Positions 45,640 to 52,316 of a stretch of DNA of 52,316 nucleotides are shown in pieces. The DNA comes from a virus (lineage: Duplodnaviria; Caudoviricetes), in IMG/VR virus record IMGVR_UViG_3300032278_000012, positions 1-52,316 of that record; one strand, written 5' to 3'. The notes beneath the pieces were generated by a model. The model was not told where the DNA came from. It searched no databases and saw only the letters and a list, made by a program, of their open reading frames with translations. Numbering within the stretch: the stretch's first letter is position 1; every line of letters begins with the position of its first letter. Position numbers and translations under genes: made by a program.

Positions 45640-46279
45640 TCACAATCGACATAAATTCTGCTCGTGCTTGAGGAATATCAAAGAATGCACCACCCAATCT
45701 ACTTGTAACCATAGATGAGTTTACATCTTCAACACCTCTTGCTTTTACACAGAAGTGATCACACTCCATGTAAACTGCAACATTGTCAGTTTCTAATATC
45801 AACTGTAATGCACGAAAAGTTTGTTCAGTTAATCTTTCTTGAACTTGTGGTCTCCTTGCAAAGAAGTTTACCACTCTGTTTAGTTTTGACAGTCCTATTA
45901 CATTTCCAGTAGGAATGTATGCAACATGACATTTACCGTAGATGGTTTGAAAATGATGTTCACAAACTGACTTAACAATGATGTTCTTTTGAACTACCAT
46001 TGAATCAAATTTCATCTTGTTTTCAAATATCGTGCATCTAGGAAACTTCTCATAATCCATTCCACTGAATAGTTCATCAAAGAACATAGTTGAGACTCTA
46101 AGAGGACTATCTCTCATGGAATCATCTTCCATATCACAACCAATTTTTTCCATTATATCTCGGAATTTCATTTCGACAAACTCAACATTATGTTCATAAC
46201 CACCGTTCATTGGAGTTTCTACTCCCAATTCAATTAAATGATTGTGAACTTGTTGTCCTAATTCTGCATCATACTTCAT
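45632..46279 (-). CDS. folE: GTP cyclohydrolase I
   Basis: SVCEHH, IGLSKLNR, RRPQVQERLT, HFCVKARGV. Confidence 0.97.
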   Translation of the reverse strand: MKYDAELGQQVHNHLIELGVETPMNGGYEHNVEFVEMKFRDIMEKIGCDMEDDSMRDSPLRVSTMFFDELFSGMDYEKFPRCTIFENKMKFDSMVVQKNIIVKSVCEHHFQTIYGKCHVAYIPTGNVIGLSKLNRVVNFFARRPQVQERLTEQTFRALQLILETDNVAVYMECDHFCVKARGVEDVNSSMVTSRLGGAFFDIPQARAEFMSIVND

Positions 46280-46950
46280 TCTATCTCTCCAAACCAATAT
46301 GGATTTTCTTTCGTTTCAAATCTATTTAGCGGTTCTAAAACCTTATTGTGAAAATCCATTTTATAATTAACTCCTGCTTCAGTTTCCCACCATGACTCAT
46401 TAAACTGAACTGAACTAATATTCAAATCTCCATCATAAAACAATGGACTAATCTCATTTCTAAAAAGGGTGACTTGCTCTCCGTCATATCTTGCACAACT
46501 AAATGTTCCATCAACATCATCAAGATAACCACCTAGTAATATGTGTCTATGTAATAATTCTGTATCCCAACTAAGACCACCATATCCGTCTTGCCATTCT
46601 TTTATTTGATACTCTTTAATGATACCATTGTGCCATAACATATCCTGTCTTATACAGGAAGGATGCATATCTTTACTTTGTGTTGTTGGTGCTTGAACAT
46701 GACCTAACCAATATGTCTTATAAAGTGTTGAATCATATTCTTTAAAATAATCCCTGTCCCAAGTTATTCTTGGAAATTCACCAAGAGATTTTCTCATTCT
46801 TGAACTAAAGACCGTTTCACCGTCTCTATAATGTTTAAATGCACCTGTAACAAATTGTGTTACAGACCATGAATAATCACCTCTATACTGATTAGCAGTT
46901 GCTAACTCTTCAAACTTTTCTTTATCAAAACTTCCAAATATCGCGCACAT
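46276..46950 (-). CDS. Stand-alone class II (Ntn) glutamine amidotransferase
   Basis: N-terminal MCAIFG, YRG, LGH..APT, HP, WHNGII, WDTE. Confidence 0.85.
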   Translation of the reverse strand: MCAIFGSFDKEKFEELATANQYRGDYSWSVTQFVTGAFKHYRDGETVFSSRMRKSLGEFPRITWDRDYFKEYDSTLYKTYWLGHVQAPTTQSKDMHPSCIRQDMLWHNGIIKEYQIKEWQDGYGGLSWDTELLHRHILLGGYLDDVDGTFSCARYDGEQVTLFRNEISPLFYDGDLNISSVQFNESWWETEAGVNYKMDFHNKVLEPLNRFETKENPYWFGEIE

Positions 46951-47684
46951 TATAATGTTACCACCCAGTCTATTATTATATCATAAGGTATAGGGTCTTG
47001 CCTACCGACTTTCATGAAATTCATAATTCTTTCTGCACATGATGGACACTTCCCACATGATACTGATGCAAGAGGTTCATAGCAAGTCATTGTATGTTTT
47101 AATAGATCGAACTGACCTAAGTCTATTGCAATTTTAATCTCATCTGCTTTTGACATCTGACTGAACGGTGCAACAATCTCAATCGTATTATGTCTATTCT
47201 GTGATGCAACTGCATTCATTGAATCAACAAACTTTTGTGTTGTATCCCAATAACCATATTCATCATGAACTTGTAAACCTGTATAGACCTTATTACACTT
47301 CTGAACCTCTGCTTGCGATAATGCGAGTGATAGTAAAATCATATTCCTAAATGGAACATAGGTCACTGGTTGAGGATCACCCAACACTTCTTTAATGTTA
47401 GGCATGTCTATATCTGTCCCTTCAATATTTGCAGATAACGGTCTTGCGATCTCTCCTAATATACTTAAATCTAATACGGTGTGTTCAACACCCAATGCAT
47501 TACAAAGTTCCCTTGCTTTAAATATTTCTATTCTTTGTTTTTGATTATAGTCAAAAGTAACTGCTTTAACATTGTCTTTACCATATTGGTCTACTAACAT
47601 CATGGTTGCCACGGATGAATCTAACCCACCTGATAACACTACCAATACTTTATCGTCTAATTGTTTAACTTTTAATTCATTCAT
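46950..47684 (-). CDS. queC: 7-cyano-7-deazaguanine synthase
   Basis: SGGLDS, YNQK, TYVPFRN, CY...CGKCPSC. Confidence 0.95.
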   Translation of the reverse strand: MNELKVKQLDDKVLVVLSGGLDSSVATMMLVDQYGKDNVKAVTFDYNQKQRIEIFKARELCNALGVEHTVLDLSILGEIARPLSANIEGTDIDMPNIKEVLGDPQPVTYVPFRNMILLSLALSQAEVQKCNKVYTGLQVHDEYGYWDTTQKFVDSMNAVASQNRHNTIEIVAPFSQMSKADEIKIAIDLGQFDLLKHTMTCYEPLASVSCGKCPSCAERIMNFMKVGRQDPIPYDIIIDWVVTL

Positions 47685-48387
47685 AATCGTATATCGTTCT
47701 AATTTTAGATTCATCATATCCAAATGTTTCTACCTGTTGGATAAGACCATCTAAAATAAATTTATGTAAATCAGGGAACATATCACCTGCTGAGTTTGGA
47801 CTTCCATGAAATCCATCGTCCTTTGCTTTGTTATATAATTCTTTCTCAGGGATTATTGCAAAATTTTCTATTGCACCAACTTTTTTTAATTCTGTTAATG
47901 ACTCTTTTGCTGGATCATAATTTCTTTGTTTTGGATTGAAATTTGCAATCACATTTTTATATGGATGTCCTAATCCTTGCATAGTTATAAAAAAGAGCAT
48001 CATTCTCTCATACATTACACTTTTATATAACTCATCATTCTCATGTGGCCCTGCTTCGTAATTAAGATACGGCCATGACTCCCAAAATGGTTCGGGAACC
48101 ATACCACCATTTGATACAACAATCATATCTACTTTAGGCCCAAAACTCTCTTGAAATTTTCTCCATTTTTGACTGCGGTAATAGGGTCTAGTCGATGTGC
48201 ATAAAGATAAGAATGCAGTAGGTTGTGTTGGTATATGTTGTTCCACTACTCTTTCAAATGCTTCATGTAATATTGGAAGTTTTAAAACTTTCGTTTCACA
48301 ATCCATTTCACTGGATGGAATCCAATCATCTGACCGAAAAAGTTTTTCATCACCTTTAGGGAGAAATTTATCTCTGTCTATTTTCAT
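47677..48387 (-). CDS. ArcS core / DUF5591-like protein
   Basis: AFLSLCTSTRPYYRS resembles the ArcS C-S-x-x-K-P-Y-x-x-S motif; VVS..G.VP...YE; located between queE and queC. Confidence 0.65.
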   Translation of the reverse strand: MKIDRDKFLPKGDEKLFRSDDWIPSSEMDCETKVLKLPILHEAFERVVEQHIPTQPTAFLSLCTSTRPYYRSQKWRKFQESFGPKVDMIVVSNGGMVPEPFWESWPYLNYEAGPHENDELYKSVMYERMMLFFITMQGLGHPYKNVIANFNPKQRNYDPAKESLTELKKVGAIENFAIIPEKELYNKAKDDGFHGSPNSAGDMFPDLHKFILDGLIQQVETFGYDESKIRTIYDYE

Positions 48388-48541
48388 CTCTAGGTTTAGT
48401 TTGATAGTTCACTCGACAATAATCACTACAAAAATTAGAATCTTTATTTTCTACTCTATTAAAATCTGTAATTACAGATGTAAATGGGTCTCCACAATAT
48501 ATGCAGACTTCTTGTGAAGATCGTGCTATTCTTTTACTCAT
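48368..48541 (-). CDS. Small Zn-finger protein (57 aa, not in ORF track)
   Basis: MSKRIARSSQEVCIYCGDPF...NFCSDYCR; ATGA-coupled to the queE stop. Confidence 0.65.
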   Translation of the reverse strand: MSKRIARSSQEVCIYCGDPFTSVITDFNRVENKDSNFCSDYCRVNYQTKPRDENRQR

Positions 48542-49365
48542 GTTCCTATTTGATTACCCCATATGTAACAGTGGACTCTTGCAGAAACATTATATCCTCT
48601 TTCCATGGTTTGTTCTGCAACCATCGCTGCATTATCGTGTTGACTTTCTTCTGTTGCACCTACAGGCATAATCCATATTGGATAGTTCACTTTAGAATGT
48701 CTAAAGGTTGCAATTGCATCTTCTATCTCATCCCATGATTGTTCTGAACCATTACAAACAAACTTTAACTGACCCACTTCTGATGCCCGAGTATATCCAG
48801 CAACTATATCAGGACAAATTCTATCCTTTTCTCCACTGGTTCCAAATATCTTAGGACTAACAGAAAAGAAAAATTCAGTATCTAATGCTTGCATCATATT
48901 ATGTAATTCGGGTAGTATTTCTCTTGTTCCATTGGTTTCAATAGTAATCTTTGGAATTTTACCATATGCAACAAAGTATTCTAATATCTTGACTATGTTT
49001 TTTTGTGCAGCCTTCAATAACGGTTCACCACCTGTAAATGCAAGATGGTTATCATGTTTTATCTTATTGAGTAATCGAGTTGCTACCTCTTCAACGGTTT
49101 CATTCTTTTGAAGATGTTTGAATCTTTTTGACCACGAGTAAGAAGAATCACAACCATACTTAAAGACTGGTAAAGACTCTATCGTTTGCATAGGATGTAA
49201 TGGTAGTTCTAGATAAGGTAATTCATAAGTAGATGGATCAGTAGGGTCTTTCTGACCAAACCCATTACACTCTAAATTACATCCAAAAAATCTTAACCAT
49301 ACTGTTGTCACTCCTGTATAGTGTCCTTCACCCTGTATGCTTTTGAATATTTCAGAATATAACAT
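48538..49365 (-). CDS. queE: 7-carboxy-7-deazaguanine synthase (radical SAM)
   Basis: EIF.SIQGEG, RFFGCNLEC...GCDS, FTGGEP, IETNG, SVSPK, R.H...WG. Confidence 0.95.
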   Translation of the reverse strand: MLYSEIFKSIQGEGHYTGVTTVWLRFFGCNLECNGFGQKDPTDPSTYELPYLELPLHPMQTIESLPVFKYGCDSSYSWSKRFKHLQKNETVEEVATRLLNKIKHDNHLAFTGGEPLLKAAQKNIVKILEYFVAYGKIPKITIETNGTREILPELHNMMQALDTEFFFSVSPKIFGTSGEKDRICPDIVAGYTRASEVGQLKFVCNGSEQSWDEIEDAIATFRHSKVNYPIWIMPVGATEESQHDNAAMVAEQTMERGYNVSARVHCYIWGNQIGT

Positions 49366-49886
49366 TATCTCATGCTTGGTAAATCCCCATGTAAGATTTC
49401 TCTATTAAGGTCTTTAAGATCACTAAATCGAAGTCTATCGGGGTCTTTAAACGGTTCATAGATTGCAGAGTTTTTTGCACACTCATGATGTTCACTACTT
49501 ATTACCCAACATCTACTCTCATATTTTTCTTTCAGAAATGAATCTACATACTCACCAACATATTGTGCAAGCCCTTCACTACTAATTAAAGGAAATGTCT
49601 GTAATTTACAATGACCGTCTTCGGTCAATCCTTGAAAGGTAGGGACTAATGGATCATCAGATTGAAGGATTACTGTGTGGTCAAACCATTCGTCAAGTTG
49701 TCTTTTTACTTCTTTTAAACCACCAAAGTCTACTACAAAACCTTGCTTGTCTAAATGTTTACATCCAAAAACAAACTTAAATGAACGATCATAACCATGC
49801 AGTAAATAACAATCGGTGTCTGACTTCCAATTCCTATAGGCACAAGGCCCGATTTCAATATACTCTTTAGTTGACGTAAAACTCAT
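49365..49886 (-). CDS. queD: 6-carboxytetrahydropterin synthase
   Basis: C..LHGY, VVDFGGLK, FDH, SSEGLA, E..KNSA. Confidence 0.9.
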   Translation of the reverse strand: MSFTSTKEYIEIGPCAYRNWKSDTDCYLLHGYDRSFKFVFGCKHLDKQGFVVDFGGLKEVKRQLDEWFDHTVILQSDDPLVPTFQGLTEDGHCKLQTFPLISSEGLAQYVGEYVDSFLKEKYESRCWVISSEHHECAKNSAIYEPFKDPDRLRFSDLKDLNREILHGDLPSMR

Positions 49887-50393
49887 CTAAAGATTTTCTA
49901 AAACATTCTGTGGTGTTGAAACTATATAAGGATCAGAATCGATGTTATCACCGAATCCATCTTCTACAAAAGTTTTTTCTATCACTCCGTTATCTACGAC
50001 TAATGCATATCTCCATGATCTTCGACCAAAACCGAGATTTGCTTTTTCTACTTCTGCACCAATTTCATGAGTAAATTCACCATTACCATCGGGTAATGGA
50101 TAAACATTAACAATACCTAATTGATCAAACCAATTATTCATTGCAAAAGTATCATTTACTGATAAACAGTAAATTTCTTCAATACCTTTTCCTTGAAATT
50201 GTCTATATAATTCTTCAAAGCCTGGCAACTGGTAAGTTGAACAGGTTGGTGTAAATGCGCCTGGCAATGCAAATAAAATTATTCTTTTGCCGGCAAATTG
50301 TGTTCCTGTTTCAAGGAACGCGAAGTCATCTCCTACCCTTATAGGTAAGGTAACATTAGGGATTGTATCTCCCACTTGAGGATTAAAACTCAT
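49887..50393 (-). CDS. Peroxiredoxin (Prx5/redoxin family)
   Basis: LPGAFTPTCS..QLPG, SVNDTF, DGNGEF, RSWRY. Confidence 0.95.
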   Translation of the reverse strand: MSFNPQVGDTIPNVTLPIRVGDDFAFLETGTQFAGKRIILFALPGAFTPTCSTYQLPGFEELYRQFQGKGIEEIYCLSVNDTFAMNNWFDQLGIVNVYPLPDGNGEFTHEIGAEVEKANLGFGRRSWRYALVVDNGVIEKTFVEDGFGDNIDSDPYIVSTPQNVLENL

Positions 50394-50414
50394 AAATCAC
50401 TCCATAATATAATT

Positions 50415-50464
50415 AGAATACACCTATTATACTACAAATAGGTGTGTTCTGTAAAGAGAGTTTC
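50415..50464 (-). promoter_or_regulatory. Promoter of the prx-dpd operon overlapped by a 14-bp inverted repeat
   Basis: TTTACA-18-TATAAT; IR AGAATACACCTATT / AATAGGTGTGTTCT. Confidence 0.6.
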
Positions 50465-50465
50465 T

Positions 50466-50879
50466 TTATTTAATTTTGATAAGTTGAGGCTTATCTTCTT
50501 CGGGAATGACTCTCTCAATTGCGATACTCAAGATACCATCTTTAAGTTCTGCACCCACGATTTCTACATCGTCTGCAAGTGTAAAACTTCTACGGAATTC
50601 TCTTGATGCAAGTCCTCTATGGACATACTCTTGTTCGCTATCAGCCTGTTTTCCTTCTATTACAAGAGATTCTTTCTCTTTTGAAATAGAAACATCTTTC
50701 TTACTGAATCCTGCTACTGCAAGTTCAATAGAAAAGTGTTCATCGTCTTGTTTGACGATATTATAAGGTGGATAGTTAACGGAAGGTGCTTGTGCAGCTC
50801 TTTCCAGTAATTGAAAGGTTCTGTCGAACCCGATTGCGAATGGGAAGGTTCTCCCATAAATGTCATCGAATAATGTCAT
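50466..50879 (-). CDS. Small heat shock protein Hsp20 (IbpA-like)
   Basis: IGFD, NYPPYNI, ELAVAGF, HRGLA.R.F.R.F.L, DGIL. Confidence 0.95.
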   Translation of the reverse strand: MTLFDDIYGRTFPFAIGFDRTFQLLERAAQAPSVNYPPYNIVKQDDEHFSIELAVAGFSKKDVSISKEKESLVIEGKQADSEQEYVHRGLASREFRRSFTLADDVEIVGAELKDGILSIAIERVIPEEDKPQLIKIK

Positions 50880-50912
50880 TTTTATCTCCTTTTTTAAGCA
50901 AGTTAAAATTAA

Positions 50913-50937
50913 TGTAGACCCATAATTGGCATCTACA
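50913..50937 (-). promoter_or_regulatory. Hairpin in the hsp20 5' leader
   Basis: UGUAGAU-G-CCA-AUUA-UGG-GUCUACA between promoters and the AGGAG RBS. Confidence 0.55.
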
Positions 50938-50988
50938 ATAGTATTTATAATACTATAGTACCTATTATACAGATTTTTTTGAAATAGA

Positions 50989-52316
50989 CTAGAGGGTTTT
51001 GTGTAATTTCCTTACTTCTTTTCTTCCACCATATCTTGTATCAAATAACGGTGCATATATGATCACTGGTTCATCTTTTCCCTTTACTTTAATTTCATCT
51101 ATTTTTTGACATGGAATATCTTGTAATTTGTTGTAAGTGTATTCAGATATTAAAATAGGTGTATCAAATGTCCTTGTTTGAACTTCAAGTCTTGCACCGA
51201 GGTTAACAGCATCCCCGACTACTGAATAATCGAATCTTAGTTCAGAGCCCATATTCCCTACAATACAAGTTCCAGTGTTGACGCCTGTTCCTATGACAAC
51301 TGGTGGTAAATCTAATCCTTCTTCCTTTATTTCTTTGTTCATTTGTTCAGTCAGGTATTCTATTTCCATTGCAGATTTAACTGCCATATCTGCATGGTTT
51401 TCACACGGTAAGGGTGCATTCCAAAATGCCATAATACAATCGCCCATGTATTTGTCTATGGTTCCACCATTATTAAGTATAACCCTAGTCATCCCATCTA
51501 AGAATCTATTGATAAGTTCTACCAGTCCTTCGGGATCATCTCTCTGCATGTATGATTCACTAATAGGAGTAAATCCAACAATATCAGCAAACATAAAGGA
51601 CATCTCCTTTCTATCTCCACCAAGTCTCAATAGTTCGGGCTCTTTTTGCAGCTTTTCAACCATGTCAGGTGATAAATACTTTTGAAACTGCTTTCTAATT
51701 TGTTCTTTAAGTTGGAAAGTAACGTAGTATTTGTTAAACGACGCATGGCCGAACACGAATAGGGAGGCTACAGATGAGTAGAAAGTATCAACGAGAACGA
51801 GACTTGAAGACCATGCGTAATAGCCTATACCCACCTGACATCCAACAATACCTAGACTCACTATCCCCGCAAAAGCTGTGGGAAGTTTGTAGACCACTAC
51901 AAGCAATATTAAGAGAACTACCAAGAGGAGAGCAAATTCGAGCAATTCAAGATAAAAGGATCGTTGTATTTGGACTCCTGTCAAAACGGTATGAATCAGG
52001 TTGGCTTGAACTTCGTGGGGATACATTGCACCCACTGGGGTTGAAACTGGATTGTCAAATCCCTCAGCTGTCATACCCCAAATTAAAATCTTATTCTCAA
52101 GGTTTGTCGTGACTAAATCAGCGGCAGAAACAGACTGGAATTTATTCCAATAAGTTATCATGATATCACCAGTGGGAGTTGTTTGGATTGGAGGCTGCAC
52201 GCCCATTCTGATCCACTCGACTCCGACTTCTGTCACCTTTAATTGATAACTTGGTTGATCGAAATATGCACGAAGAGTTTCTAATGCAAGAGAAGGATAT
52301 AACTGATTATTAGCAA
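50989..52316 (-). CDS. CHASE2 + 3TM + class III adenylate cyclase (5' truncated by window)
   Basis: Frame is open to the window edge (LYPSLALE); FADIVGFT, DKYMGDCIMAFW, DYSVVGDAVNLGARLE; Lys/Asp specificity residues indicate ATP. Confidence 0.93.
   Translation of the reverse strand, partial: ANNQLYPSLALETLRAYFDQPSYQLKVTEVGVEWIRMGVQPPIQTTPTGDIMITYWNKFQSVSAADLVTTNLENKILIWGMTAEGFDNPVSTPVGAMYPHEVQANLIHTVLTGVQIQRSFYLELLEFALLLVVLLILLVVVYKLPTAFAGIVSLGIVGCQVGIGYYAWSSSLVLVDTFYSSVASLFVFGHASFNKYYVTFQLKEQIRKQFQKYLSPDMVEKLQKEPELLRLGGDRKEMSFMFADIVGFTPISESYMQRDDPEGLVELINRFLDGMTRVILNNGGTIDKYMGDCIMAFWNAPLPCENHADMAVKSAMEIEYLTEQMNKEIKEEGLDLPPVVIGTGVNTGTCIVGNMGSELRFDYSVVGDAVNLGARLEVQTRTFDTPILISEYTYNKLQDIPCQKIDEIKVKGKDEPVIIYAPLFDTRYGGRKEVRKLHKTL

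Noticed and set aside
790-52112. Numerous plus-strand ORFs in the track (e.g. 6023-6397, 14308-14709, 26035-26367, 51275-51685)
   Set aside because: Antisense shadows of well-supported minus-strand genes; Ser/Phe/Leu-rich, no RBS or motifs. Only the 4179-4608 island has its own promoter.
1-52316. Bacterial chromosome/prophage, or alternative genetic code
   Set aside because: Host-like genes are interleaved with T4 core genes and phage promoters, no integrase seen; conserved genes are full-length in the standard code and end in TAA, TAG and TGA

Overview
AT-rich, gene-dense segment of a large T4-like (myovirus-type) dsDNA phage, probably aquatic and infecting a Gram-negative host (it encodes spanins, an outer-membrane beta-barrel and a lipoprotein). 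Almost all genes lie on the minus strand. Reading in transcription direction (right to left): a CHASE2-adenylate cyclase (truncated by the window), Hsp20, peroxiredoxin, a complete 7-deazaguanine DNA-modification operon (queD, queE, small Zn-finger, ArcS/DUF5591-like, queC, stand-alone class II glutamine amidotransferase, folE, dpdA, purine phosphoribosyltransferase), lysozyme, DNA polymerase gp43, thermonuclease, UvsX, gp41 helicase, a structured-RNA-led lipoprotein, and a ~12 kb late-promoter block. That block holds a ligase-like protein, an HNH protein, rubredoxin, a nucleotidyltransferase-kinase fusion, and mosaic Lys/Glu-rich proteins with T4 capsid-targeting-like N-termini that look like protease-processed internal-head polyproteins. 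It is followed by tRNA-Thr, Map, primase gp61, nrdA/2OG-oxygenase/nrdB, glutaredoxin, spanins, several 2OG-Fe(II) oxygenases, tRNA-Ala, a SET protein, paired CxxCxxCC proteins, and a largely non-coding region (about 2980-4140) with repeated sigma70 promoters, putative ncRNAs and three phased DnaA-box-like motifs. All family assignments come from motifs recognised by eye; no database search was run.
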